IMG/VR virus record: IMGVR_UViG_3300009709_000002
Coordinates: 296,228-360,227 of that record
Strand: one strand, 5' to 3'
DNA from: a virus
Taxonomy: Duplodnaviria > Heunggongvirae > Uroviricota > Caudoviricetes
DNA: 64,000 bases
In this document: positions 37,458-46,398 of the stretch, piece by piece
How the letters are laid out: each line of letters opens with the position of its first letter
Numbering within the stretch: position 1 is the first letter of the stretch
Position numbers and translations under genes: made by a program
The notes under the pieces: generated by a model
The model's database searches: none
Told to the model about the DNA's origin: nothing
The model's input: the letters and a program-made list of their open reading frames with translations, nothing else

Positions 37458-37853
37458 TTACATGAGATTAAGACGAGCAGCTTCAGCGAACAGACGGGCT
37501 TGGTCACGAGTGCGGCCTTCAGCCATCAGCCTGGTGCAACCTTCAGCCATCAGCTCCTCAATTACGTCTTCGCGAAACTGAGGAGTGTTGAAGTATTCTT
37601 GAGCCTCTTCCTTGGCACTTTCAAACTCTGCTTGCGCTTTTCGCTCGGCGGCCACGGCGCGTTCGGCTTGTTCTGCAACTTCTTCATCATGCTCATGAAG
37701 CAGCTGATTGACGAAGCACTTATCAACGTTTGAGAGCTTGTCAAACATCGGACGATTTCCTGATGCACGCTCACGAAGATACAAGTCTTTGTTAATGATC
37801 AGGTGCATCTGGTGGATGCCGCGTTCAAAAAGAGCCAGATCGAAGTTTTTCAT
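37458..37853 (-). CDS. hypothetical protein
   Basis: Promoter upstream. Confidence 0.5.
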   Translation of the reverse strand: MKNFDLALFERGIHQMHLIINKDLYLRERASGNRPMFDKLSNVDKCFVNQLLHEHDEEVAEQAERAVAAERKAQAEFESAKEEAQEYFNTPQFREDVIEELMAEGCTRLMAEGRTRDQARLFAEAARLNLM

Positions 37854-37874
37854 CTTGAAGAACTGTTTTGTTGA

Positions 37875-37904
37875 CGTTAGAGTAATTATAACATCAACGG
37901 TTGA
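37875..37904 (-). promoter_or_regulatory. early-type promoter (ATTTAC...TATAAT)
   Basis: Motif match. Confidence 0.45.
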
Positions 37905-37921
37905 AGAAGTAAATGGCTTTC

Positions 37922-38218
37922 TTACTTCTTCAACACGACGTCGGTCGGATCCATGCCAGCAGCCATCGCCTTGGCGTACGCGTCGCCGTAGGAAGTTGCT
38001 TGAACTACACCAGCCTTGCGCTCAGAGCCGTCGGTGTCAGTCATGTAAACTTGCCAGTCTTTCTCCACCAGCTCAGTTTTGGCTTCTTCAACCAGGAGAG
38101 CGAGCATTTCATGAGTGAGAAAAACTTCGTTGCCAACAGCCGATTGAAGCAAAATACCAGCGTCGGTGATTTCGGCTTTGCGAAGGCCAGACTGTGCAAG
38201 CTGAAATTTCGTAATCAT
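37922..38218 (-). CDS. hypothetical protein
   Basis: AAGGAGTAAAGC RBS plus early promoter. Confidence 0.6.
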   Translation of the reverse strand: MITKFQLAQSGLRKAEITDAGILLQSAVGNEVFLTHEMLALLVEEAKTELVEKDWQVYMTDTDGSERKAGVVQATSYGDAYAKAMAAGMDPTDVVLKK

Positions 38219-38245
38219 GCTTTACTCCTTGGTTGACGTTAGAGT

Positions 38246-38276
38246 CATTATAACATCAACCGATGAAGAAGTAAAC
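38246..38276 (-). promoter_or_regulatory. T4-early-type promoter
   Basis: GTTTACttcttcatcggttgaTGtTATAATgactc then AAGGAGTAAAGC ATG. Confidence 0.65.
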
Positions 38277-38277
38277 A

Positions 38278-38640
38278 CTATTGAGGAGGCTTCACGATAA
38301 ACCAGCGCTCGAATGGTTTTTCTTCTAGCTCGCATGGTTCATAGTGCGGATCATGCACGATCTCATCTTTGATACAGACAACTGCATGATGAACTGGCGA
38401 ACCTATGAACCTCTTGCCGATCGCGATGTGTGGGAAACAACAGTAGAAAGAGTTGACAGCTTTGTAGGGAACGCAGATGAGAGTGTAACCACGAGCTTCC
38501 AGGAATTCTACAAACTTCTGTTTGTAGTCTTTTCCATATTGATGAGTGAAGCTGGGTACATCTTCAAGAGGTAGATCTAAAATCGTACAAACGCATGCAC
38601 GAAGACAGTCATAGGGATTGGGTTGAGTGACGGGTGTCAT
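38278..38640 (-). CDS. hypothetical protein (Cys/His-rich; possible cysteine-peptidase-like)
   Basis: Conserved C...H spacing only. Confidence 0.3.
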   Translation of the reverse strand: MTPVTQPNPYDCLRACVCTILDLPLEDVPSFTHQYGKDYKQKFVEFLEARGYTLICVPYKAVNSFYCCFPHIAIGKRFIGSPVHHAVVCIKDEIVHDPHYEPCELEEKPFERWFIVKPPQ

Positions 38641-38651
38641 ATCAGATATGA

Positions 38652-38741
38652 TGGCGCTGTGAGGTGGACTCGAACCACCTAACTCCCTCGGAACGCCTGC
38701 CCAGATTCCATTGAGGAGCTTTACCGCCTAAGCTACACAGC
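38652..38741 (-). tRNA. type-II tRNA (Ser or Leu; anticodon unresolved)
   Basis: 90 nt; T-arm ggtgg-ttcgagt-ccacc, CCA, long variable arm. Confidence 0.55.
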
Positions 38742-38746
38742 ATTGA

Positions 38747-38822
38747 TGGTCCCACCGAGAGGAATCGAACCCCTATTCCAGGTTTAGAAGACCCGTGTCT
38801 TAATCCGTTAGACGACGGTGAG
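38747..38822 (-). tRNA. tRNA-Arg (UCU)
   Basis: D-arm gtct-aacggatta-agac; loop ctTCTaa; CCA. Confidence 0.7.
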
Positions 38823-38834
38823 ATGATGTATTTA

Positions 38835-39221
38835 TCAGGATGATTTTTCGTACGCTTTGCACCGATCGATGCGTTCTTGCGTCCATCCTAGCAGCTTAAA
38901 AGCTTCATCGGCTAGCAAGTTGCAGTATTCATCGCTTGGCCAGTAAAAGCCTTGCGTCAGATGATTCTCAACCATGTGGCCGTGATGATGCATCAAGTCA
39001 CAGGTGTTGCAGAGAATATCATAGTCGATCGCGGCGTCTAGCTCATCTGCAATGAATTGTGCTATGGCGTAGAGCCTTGATCTCTTTGGGTTCATAACAA
39101 ATGGTCTTGTATGATTTCCCTTCGATTCATTGTTCTTCAGCCAAGCATACCGCTCGGCGTAGTCAGCTTTTTGCTGATCGGTGGCTTCATACGTGCCAGG
39201 GACTTTGAAATCCAGGATCAT
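38835..39221 (-). CDS. hypothetical protein
   Basis: ORF track. Confidence 0.45.
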   Translation of the reverse strand: MILDFKVPGTYEATDQQKADYAERYAWLKNNESKGNHTRPFVMNPKRSRLYAIAQFIADELDAAIDYDILCNTCDLMHHHGHMVENHLTQGFYWPSDEYCNLLADEAFKLLGWTQERIDRCKAYEKSS

Positions 39222-39481
39222 GATTGTTCAACTGGAAACAAAATAGCCGATTGTACGCTCACCTTCTCCGCAGTAGCGTGGTTCCACTCGATCGGGTCGC
39301 CGTACAAGAAATTACGGCGACGGATGACACGAAGCGTGATCCCCTTTGCTGTTTCTTTGATCGCTTCGCCTACAACAGTAGTTGCAAAGCCGCTCTTTTG
39401 ATTCGAATAGCCGTAGTGCTTATTCAAGAGCACTGGATTACCAAGAGCATCGAATTTTGAAGTAGTTACAAGATCACTCAT
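39218..39481 (-). CDS. hypothetical small protein
   Basis: ORF overlapping neighbour stop. Confidence 0.45.
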   Translation of the reverse strand: MSDLVTTSKFDALGNPVLLNKHYGYSNQKSGFATTVVGEAIKETAKGITLRVIRRRNFLYGDPIEWNHATAEKVSVQSAILFPVEQS

Positions 39482-39538
39482 ATCATTTACTCCAGTAGGC
39501 GATATGAAGATTGTATCCTATCGAGGCCTCAAAGTAAA

Positions 39539-40171
39539 TTAAAGCTTGGCCCAGTCCTCAAACCCAGCTTCTATCAATTCAGTTTGACAATCCACCAAAC
39601 TTCTATCAGCTTTGAGGTGCTTCTGGATTATCATAAGCACCTTTTCAAATGCTCTGTCTACGTCACTGAGCGGTTGTGATTGGTACCTAACTTTCTCTAA
39701 ACGCGGAACTTTTAATAGCTCAAGCACACCGATCGGCTTCTTCATCGATATGCCATCACCACGCATAAAGAAGGATTTCATAGTCTTGAATTCCTTGATA
39801 CCTTTGAGCGTGCTTACGTGGCTAGCTCTACCATCAACAAAGTAGCTTGAGAAGATTGAGGGAATCTTAGACCAGTCAGTGATGTCAAAATTCATGTACA
39901 AGTAGCTAGGATCTTCAACTACATTCTTGCTAGACCACACGTCATTTGAGAACTTAGGCTGTTCTTTCATCTTCATGGCCATCAGCTTCTCACCGCGGCT
40001 ATCATGGAACGTTATCTTATTGTCGCTGAATGAAAACTCAGTGCTAACGTATTCGTCTACGTATCTTGTGCCACCATTATGTGAGTCACCCATAATTTCT
40101 GTCACGTTCGCATCAATCCATTTTTCAAGAGGATTTTCGATTCTTGCTTCAATCAGGTCTTTTAGTTTCAT
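39539..40171 (-). CDS. Family-A paralog (dispersed copy)
   Basis: C-term CQTELIEAGFEDWAKL. Confidence 0.8.
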   Translation of the reverse strand: MKLKDLIEARIENPLEKWIDANVTEIMGDSHNGGTRYVDEYVSTEFSFSDNKITFHDSRGEKLMAMKMKEQPKFSNDVWSSKNVVEDPSYLYMNFDITDWSKIPSIFSSYFVDGRASHVSTLKGIKEFKTMKSFFMRGDGISMKKPIGVLELLKVPRLEKVRYQSQPLSDVDRAFEKVLMIIQKHLKADRSLVDCQTELIEAGFEDWAKL

Positions 40172-40180
40172 GTTTATCCT

Positions 40181-40256
40181 TGGGTCCGTCCATCCAGAAT
40201 CGAACTGGAGTCTAATCGCTCGGAACGACTTGTACTTTCCACTGTACTATGGACGA
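40181..40256 (-). tRNA. tRNA-Arg (CCG)
   Basis: D-arm gtac-agtggaaa-gtac; loop ttCCGag; T-arm tccag-ttcgatt-ctgga. Confidence 0.65.
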
Positions 40257-40618
40257 TTTACTGCTGGTAGTTGACAGAAGTCTGTTGGAATTTGTGCGAC
40301 AGAGCCTTGAACAGCAAGCGTTAGAGCAGTTTGGTAAGCTAACTGTTCTTCCTTTGAAGGATCCATCTTGTACGGATTGAATGCATTGAAGTTAGAGATC
40401 TTCTCAGGCATCTGATCCCACATATCTGCGGCCGCTTTGTAGATAGTAGCGGTGACTCTACGATCAACCTCAGCTGCATAGCGCTCGGCATCCAATTGTG
40501 GATCGTCGAACGGAATGGTTGAGACAACCTCACGTCTTGAAACGCTGCCCGCTGGAAACTTCTTCAGCATATTGGTCAGCTTATTTTGGATGTACGCAGC
40601 AGCGTCGATAGTATTCAT
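40247..40618 (-). CDS. hypothetical protein
   Basis: ORF track. Confidence 0.45.
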   Translation of the reverse strand: MNTIDAAAYIQNKLTNMLKKFPAGSVSRREVVSTIPFDDPQLDAERYAAEVDRRVTATIYKAAADMWDQMPEKISNFNAFNPYKMDPSKEEQLAYQTALTLAVQGSVAQIPTDFCQLPAVNRP

Positions 40619-40687
40619 GTCGGTATTTATTTCATCTCCAAAAACAACAAAAGGAGCCGAAGCTCCTTTTGTTTCATTTCAAACTAC

Positions 40688-41950
40688 TTAAGCTTGTGGA
40701 GCCCAAGTGATCGTGCCGGTGAAGCCTGTACCAGCACCGCTCGTTGCCGTTTGAGCAACTGGGTTAGCTGGAGTAGCGCCTGGAACTGCGTTACCTTGAC
40801 CAGTGATCGACAGACCTGTTACAATGCCGTTCGTACCGATTGTCGTTACCTTAACGATGACGCCATCAGCTAGGGTGATGGTGTTACCAACTGCGTAGCC
40901 TGTACCAGCCGCCGTTACTGCAACTGCTGAAGCGTACAGATTCGATTGCCATGCTAGTTGGAACTGAGCACCAAGACCAGCGTGGTTCGTCGAAACTTGA
41001 GGAACTGGGTTAGCTGGGAGAACTGTTTCCGAACCTGGGGTCGTTACAGTTACTGTAGCTGGGCCATAAGTCCACGACAGAGTGAACGTTGCACCGTGAC
41101 CTACGCCGCTCGATGTAACTTGAGCTTCTGGGTTGGTGAACGAAGTTGCAGAAGTGATGATACCTGGTTCGAACACAGTAACAGCAGCAACGCCGAGTGT
41201 CCATTCGAGGTAAACCGTTGCACCTGTACCAGCACCGCTTGTTGCAGTTGGGGTGATTGGTTCTGGTGGGAAGTTACCAGCAGCAGCGTCAGCCGAATCA
41301 ACAGCGCCTGCAGCAGTAATCGTCAGCGTTTCAATCACGCCGTTCGTACCGATCGTTGCAACCTTAGCTACAACGCCGTCTGGCAGAGTGAGTGTATCGT
41401 TAACTGCATAGCCCGTACCAGCTGCGCCGATCGTAGCACCAGTTGCGTAACCAGTTACGCCAGTGACCTTTAGTACGAGACCATCAAACAAGCTGATGTT
41501 TTCGCCAAGAACGTAACCTGCACCAGGTGCAGCAACGACAGCGTGAACATGACCAGCATTCAGAGTAGCGACAGTAACCACTGCACCACCTGGTAGAGTG
41601 ACTGTATCACCAACAGCATAACCAGAGCCTAGAAGTATAGGAGTAGCTGATTGAAGTGAATACGTTGGTGTACCAACATAACCACCAACACCAACAACCA
41701 GACCTGAACCAGGAATAGCAGCAACTGCTGCTGTAATTGCAGCGGTGATAGCCGTTACATCAGCACCTGGAATCAGAGCCAGGCCAATGCTTACACCGTT
41801 GAGAGCGAATTCATCCAGGATGAATTCGATATTGCTTGTTCCGAGCGGCAGTGTAGGATCTGTAAGACCACGGCCGTTCAATTGAAATGTATATTGTGAA
41901 AAGGTAGCAGACATTGTCTTATCTCCAAAAGGGCTTGCAATGATTGTCAA
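40688..41950 (-). CDS. Gly/Thr/Ala/Val-rich repeat protein (beta-rich ~40-aa repeats; structural or adhesin-like)
   Basis: Internal repeats AGTGYAV(G/N)(D/N)T(L/I)TL(P/A)DGV(V/I)xKV(A/T)TIGTNG(V/I). Confidence 0.55.
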   Translation of the reverse strand: MTIIASPFGDKTMSATFSQYTFQLNGRGLTDPTLPLGTSNIEFILDEFALNGVSIGLALIPGADVTAITAAITAAVAAIPGSGLVVGVGGYVGTPTYSLQSATPILLGSGYAVGDTVTLPGGAVVTVATLNAGHVHAVVAAPGAGYVLGENISLFDGLVLKVTGVTGYATGATIGAAGTGYAVNDTLTLPDGVVAKVATIGTNGVIETLTITAAGAVDSADAAAGNFPPEPITPTATSGAGTGATVYLEWTLGVAAVTVFEPGIITSATSFTNPEAQVTSSGVGHGATFTLSWTYGPATVTVTTPGSETVLPANPVPQVSTNHAGLGAQFQLAWQSNLYASAVAVTAAGTGYAVGNTITLADGVIVKVTTIGTNGIVTGLSITGQGNAVPGATPANPVAQTATSGAGTGFTGTITWAPQA

Positions 41951-42062
41951 AGCTATGCAAGCTGTACACCGCTAAACGAATATTTATTGGTGTTGACTTA
42001 TTGGAGATATTTATTCTACGTAGACTTAAGGCTCACCAGTTTCACCACATATTGCATACAGA

Positions 42063-42401
42063 TTAGGCTACTTTGGCCCGGCGAGCGGCTTTTGCCTCAG
42101 CAACCAACCGCTGAGCGGTAGCACGATCATTTGACTTGATAATTTTGATTACGCTTTCCATATCCGTTTCGGTGAAGCGACCATCATGAAACTCATCAGC
42201 ATCACGAAACCACAGCTTTTGTTCAAAAGGCCAGACATGCATGTAAGCGGTTGTCTCGGTCAGATCCTTCGCGTGCTGCCCTTGACCAAAGAGCACATAG
42301 ATACCACCATCTTGGTGCTTGAAGTACTTTGGTGTTTCTCCTAGTAAATTGACAAGCGGATCAAGATCAACGTCAAACGTCGAGTTTTCATTTGTAGACA
42401 T
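42063..42401 (-). CDS. hypothetical protein
   Basis: ORF track. Confidence 0.45.
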   Translation of the reverse strand: MSTNENSTFDVDLDPLVNLLGETPKYFKHQDGGIYVLFGQGQHAKDLTETTAYMHVWPFEQKLWFRDADEFHDGRFTETDMESVIKIIKSNDRATAQRLVAEAKAARRAKVA

Positions 42402-42774
42402 GTGGAGATTGAAAAGAAATTGGGTAGAATGAATCTACCCAGTTGTGAACTACATGAGGGTGTAACTTACATCAGCGTGTATTCATCTTCATCATCTGGA
42501 ATCAACCAGCCGAAGAGGCAAAGAAGGATGACGGCCCAGATTGTAACCAACCAAGTGATCAATTTTTGCATGTTTACTCGTAGGGTGTCAGTTGTATATG
42601 TTCATCGGAAACCGGTTGAAAGAGTTTCAATCCGGTCAAGCTCAGCAGCCACAATCCAGCGTGAAGGACAGCACCAAAAATCTGCAAGACACCGATCAGG
42701 ATGAAGACAATTGCAGCGAGCACCTTAAGGAAGAGCCATTCAGCAACTTTCATCTTTCACCCCAACTTGGTTGT

Positions 42775-42815
42775 TTTACTATAGAGTCATTATATCACCA
42801 GCGAGTGGCGAAGTA
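42775..42815 (-). promoter_or_regulatory. early-type promoter (ATTTAC...TATAAT)
   Basis: Motif upstream of the small membrane ORFs at 42473-42752. Confidence 0.4.
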
Positions 42816-42824
42816 AATAACTTT

Positions 42825-43054
42825 TCAAACTGCCTCGCGCTTCTTGTTTTCACGGTACATTTGGCGCTTACGAGCAGCATAGGCGCGGCCGCGATTGTTG
42901 ACGACTTCCTCAAACTGCTTCGTATCTTCATTGAAACGAACACAGGGAATGTCGCCGTGATCAAGAACGAAGGCGTTGTACAGACGGCCTCCGATCTTCT
43001 TGACATGTTGGCACTTGTGACGAATCTTAACACGAATGTCTTTCCAAATTACCA
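42825..43054 (-). CDS. hypothetical small basic protein (start MVIWKD)
   Basis: AGAGGAAAAC RBS. Confidence 0.45.
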
Positions 43055-43077
43055 TGTTTTCCTCTATGGGAGATGTT

Positions 43078-43201
43078 TGGTGGCGCTGGAAGGAATCGAA
43101 CCAACCATGTTTCGCGATAGGCCCACCTATCTGCACGGAATCAAACCGTACCTCGCTACTTCCTCTGGCGAGAGGGTGCTTCCCCAGCTAGCAACAGCGC
43201 C
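43078..43201 (-). tRNA. 124-nt tRNA-like gene with perfect 7-bp acceptor stem (ggcgctg/cagcgcc) plus ACCA and two T-arm-like hairpins; possibly intron- or insertion-containing
   Basis: ggttcgattcc and acggtttgattccgt motifs; cloverleaf could not be resolved by eye. Confidence 0.4.
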
Positions 43202-43209
43202 ATTACAAC

Positions 43210-43479
43210 TTAAGACAGACCACCAATTTCGTTGAGCTTCGGATTCGTCAGCTGAGCCCAGGCATAAAACGCAGTAGGAGCTCGGCTACGAACTTCACGA
43301 AGAACAACCTTGTCTTCTTCCGTCAACGTCTCATTCACCGCACGAGTGGCGATCATCAAGCCTGCGCAGGTCATGATTTCATCACCTGCAACCTTTGCAG
43401 CCTCGCGAAGTGCATTCGTCTTCAACGTTTGCTCAGCGCGTTCAAGTTCTTTCAGACGTACGATCGAAATGTTCGGCAT
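43210..43479 (-). CDS. hypothetical small protein
   Basis: ORF track. Confidence 0.4.
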   Translation of the reverse strand: MPNISIVRLKELERAEQTLKTNALREAAKVAGDEIMTCAGLMIATRAVNETLTEEDKVVLREVRSRAPTAFYAWAQLTNPKLNEIGGLS

Positions 43480-43488
43480 TACAGCTCC

Positions 43489-43929
43489 TTACATCGGCTT
43501 CGAGTTAGCGATTGCTTCGAGGAACGAACGAGCACCAACAGAGTAATCATTCATCTTGATGCGCCAGATACGGACCGGTGAGTTAGGTTGACCAAACTCC
43601 TTGAACAAAATCTTTGCAGCACGACGGCCGACAATCACGAAGTCCTTGCCTTGGTAAGTTGCTTTGTGAAGCAGCTTGCCGCGAGTATCAGCGTGCTTGT
43701 TAAGCTCGACGACGACATCAGCCGGAATGTCCTTCATGTACGGCGATTCTTCTTTGATGACGACCGTCAGATCTTTCATCGTGAAGTTCGTGCCGGTCGA
43801 ATCATACATTGCCTTACGCGACGTAGAAATCGTTACACCGAATTCTGCTTCAACCTTAGCGAGAGCCTCGCGAATTGCATCACGAACGATGTCGATGTTT
43901 TGGCCGTTTTCGAAAGAGGAAATTTTCAT
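43489..43929 (-). CDS. hypothetical protein (start MKISSF)
   Basis: GAAAGGTG RBS; early promoter at 43964-43994. Confidence 0.55.
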   Translation of the reverse strand: MKISSFENGQNIDIVRDAIREALAKVEAEFGVTISTSRKAMYDSTGTNFTMKDLTVVIKEESPYMKDIPADVVVELNKHADTRGKLLHKATYQGKDFVIVGRRAAKILFKEFGQPNSPVRIWRIKMNDYSVGARSFLEAIANSKPM

Positions 43930-43963
43930 TTGGTGCACCTTTCGGTTTGGTTGACGTTAGAAT

Positions 43964-43994
43964 AATTATATCAATCTTCTTCAACCTTGTAAAC
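43964..43994 (-). promoter_or_regulatory. T4-early-type promoter
   Basis: GTTTACaaggttgaagaagattgaTATAAT. Confidence 0.55.
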
Positions 43995-44271
43995 ACCTTT
44001 GTGAAAATTTCACACTTTTTCAATCAAATCTGAGCTGATTCGATAGTTGCACGATACTTTGCTCGGTCTTGACGATGAATTTTTCCACCGTTTTGTCTGG
44101 CTGAACTTGGAAGATGGCAACTCCACCTTCAACCTTCTGAATGCGGTGAATTGACTGCGCATCAAAAATGCAGCCTTCAAAGAACAAGAACTGCTTGCGG
44201 GTGTAGCGTGTGGCTTCTGACATATGAGTCTCCTATGGGATATGAACCCATATTTATGGAGGCTCTAAGTC

Positions 44272-44526
44272 TTACATCGTCGCGACGGCACACACCATGG
44301 CGATGAACAGCAGATAGATCAGTGACGAGAGCAGCTTTTCGCTAGCGTTCACCGCTTCAGGATACCCGTAGAGTACGCTTCCGCCGCCCCAAACGAAGAT
44401 GGCGAGGAAAACAAACGTGCAGCTGAACCGTGCGATCCAAGGAACCATTTCAAGATGATGCATGATGTACTCCATTGCTTCACAGTATGGTTCATTATAA
44501 ATCAAACCGCACTCAAAGTACATCAC
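44272..44526 (-). CDS. small membrane protein
   Basis: Hydrophobic. Confidence 0.4.
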   Translation of the reverse strand: MMYFECGLIYNEPYCEAMEYIMHHLEMVPWIARFSCTFVFLAIFVWGGGSVLYGYPEAVNASEKLLSSLIYLLFIAMVCAVATM

Positions 44527-44963
44527 AAATCATCATCCGTGATGATGCGACCTGGTTGGAATTGTTTTGCGTATGAGAAGGGAGCTGCAGGCGGTTTGAA
44601 TTGCGGTGGCGGAGTCATGATGACTTGCACCGGCTTTGGCGCTCGCTTCACCGCTTTTCTTGGTGCGCGAGGTTTTGGTGGAGCGAGAGGTTTTGGTGGA
44701 ACTGGAGTTCCGATCTTGCCCTCTTGAGAAGGATGTCCCTTCTGCCGAACATAAGGTGCTATCTTCGGATTGCTCAACCGCTGCAAGAGCCATTCTTCAA
44801 CTTGACTCTTCCAGAAGACAGGCCCAGACCGAAGGTTTGCGACTGGTTTAGGGAAGTCCACGTGGGTTTTCTTCCAGTTCGACACGCTATTTTTACTAGC
44901 GCCAGCCATGTCGGCAATCTCTGCTACACCAACGAGATCAAGAGTTTCTGGTAGAACGTTCAT
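44523..44963 (-). CDS. HTH DNA-binding protein with Pro/Lys-rich tail
   Basis: N-terminal LVGVAEIADMAGASKNSVSNW helix-turn-helix. Confidence 0.5.
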   Translation of the reverse strand: MNVLPETLDLVGVAEIADMAGASKNSVSNWKKTHVDFPKPVANLRSGPVFWKSQVEEWLLQRLSNPKIAPYVRQKGHPSQEGKIGTPVPPKPLAPPKPRAPRKAVKRAPKPVQVIMTPPPQFKPPAAPFSYAKQFQPGRIITDDDL

Positions 44964-45084
44964 TGCTAGCCTTCAAAGTATTTAGACATTATATACCATG
45001 AAGATGAAAAAGTATTACTTTGTCCAACTCCAGATAGGAATTCCGAACAGAAACCACACGGTTCTAACCGGATATCCCCAAAAT

Positions 45085-45399
45085 TCAGGGTTGCGACCCT
45101 TGTACCACTTCCTCGGATTGTGCTGTACCATCTGCTGCGTTTCGCTCGTCAGAATGTGCATGACATGCCTTTATCAAATCTTCTTTTCGCATTTCGAGGT
45201 ACACTTCAGGTGAGCTTATGAGCGCTATGTCAGGAACACGTGAGCACAGGCCAGTAAACTCGAAGTATAGCCGTTTGAACTTCTGGAGCTGATCAGGATC
45301 TTCGATCATAGCTCCACAATACAGCCTGTCAAGCAGCTGAATGGAAGCGATAGCCTGGTCAATAGCGTCATTGCGCTTATACGTCATTTGATTAGACAC
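45085..45399 (-). CDS. hypothetical protein
   Basis: ORF track. Confidence 0.4.
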   Translation of the reverse strand: MSNQMTYKRNDAIDQAIASIQLLDRLYCGAMIEDPDQLQKFKRLYFEFTGLCSRVPDIALISSPEVYLEMRKEDLIKACHAHSDERNAADGTAQSEEVVQGSQP

Positions 45400-45643
45400 G
45401 TCGTTTCTTCCAGTTGTAGCCAGGTTCTACATCAGCCGCGCCAGGATTTCCAACCGAGTTGGGATTCTCTGAGCAGAAGGTCACGAAGCCGATCGGGCCA
45501 CCTTCGCGTTGTTCTTTTCGAAGTTCTTCAACCAGCTTCAGCGCTTCCATCATCCCGTCACCGTCAAACATCTTCGCCTGCGCGTAGCCTACCGTGCAGT
45601 TATTGTCGGTTTGATATCTTGTCCAGTATACTGCGTAAGTCAT
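45392..45643 (-). CDS. hypothetical small protein
   Basis: ORF track. Confidence 0.4.
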   Translation of the reverse strand: MTYAVYWTRYQTDNNCTVGYAQAKMFDGDGMMEALKLVEELRKEQREGGPIGFVTFCSENPNSVGNPGAADVEPGYNWKKRRV

Positions 45644-45876
45644 ATTCCTCTTTTTCGTGTTCTAGCTCTCTTTGCGTCTTTCGCAAAGAAGTTTACATGG
45701 TTCTTGATCATCCAGATCGGATTGAAGTCATACGGCATCATGTCAGTGCCTATGCTCCTGAGATTTGCGTAAGCTCCCATTCGTCGACGAAACGTACGCC
45801 AGTCTTCGAAGTGCCTACAGCCGGACTTGTAAATCTGGCGGCGATTTCGCCTGTTATTGTGGCTTAGATCATTCAT
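45640..45876 (-). CDS. hypothetical small protein
   Basis: ORF track. Confidence 0.4.
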   Translation of the reverse strand: MNDLSHNNRRNRRQIYKSGCRHFEDWRTFRRRMGAYANLRSIGTDMMPYDFNPIWMIKNHVNFFAKDAKRARTRKRGI

Positions 45877-45961
45877 TGTTCTATTCTATAATAAATCTAA
45901 TGCATTGTATACTACAAAGCCGAGGAGAATTCTCCTCGGCTTTTACTACTGAGCCGACAGC

Positions 45962-46372
45962 TTACACCGGCTTGTTCAGCAGAGCGAGCAGCTCTTCGTC
46001 GGACGCGCTGTCCAGCTTGGCGTCCTTGCGCTTTTCGAGGATCGCCATGATGCGCTGATCGCGTTCGCGAGTTGCTTGAGCTTTCGCTTCGGCATCACGC
46101 TTCTCGATCTTCACCTCGATGATGTGCTTCACGATGTCCAGCTTGACCTGGATGGTGCCGTCAGCCTTCACCGTCGAATCGACGAACGATTTGCGATTGC
46201 CTTCAGCGCTCAGTTGGCGATCGAGAGTCAGCGCGATGTCGTCGAGGTTCGGACCACCAGTCGACTTCAGCGGCAGTTCCCACAGTTGTTCGACGGTCAG
46301 TTCGCCCTTTGCAGTCGGGAAACGAAATTTTTGACGAGCTGCTTGTTCGAAAATGTTCATGTCTTTCTCCAT
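45962..46372 (-). CDS. hypothetical protein
   Basis: ORF track. Confidence 0.5.
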   Translation of the reverse strand: MEKDMNIFEQAARQKFRFPTAKGELTVEQLWELPLKSTGGPNLDDIALTLDRQLSAEGNRKSFVDSTVKADGTIQVKLDIVKHIIEVKIEKRDAEAKAQATRERDQRIMAILEKRKDAKLDSASDEELLALLNKPV

Positions 46373-46398
46373 TTGAGAGTTGATCAGTTGTACTACGT

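Noticed and set aside
38246-38276. Reading the conserved ATTATAACATCAAC...GTAAAC box as a plus-strand TTGACG/TATAAC promoter
   Set aside because: Spacing is 10 nt on the plus strand. On the minus strand it gives a perfect GTTTAC, 17-nt spacer, TGnTATAAT promoter followed by AAGGAG and ATG, matching gene orientation.
40958-41473. Plus-strand ORF opposite the repeat protein
   Set aside because: Low-complexity shadow of the G/T/A-rich gene.
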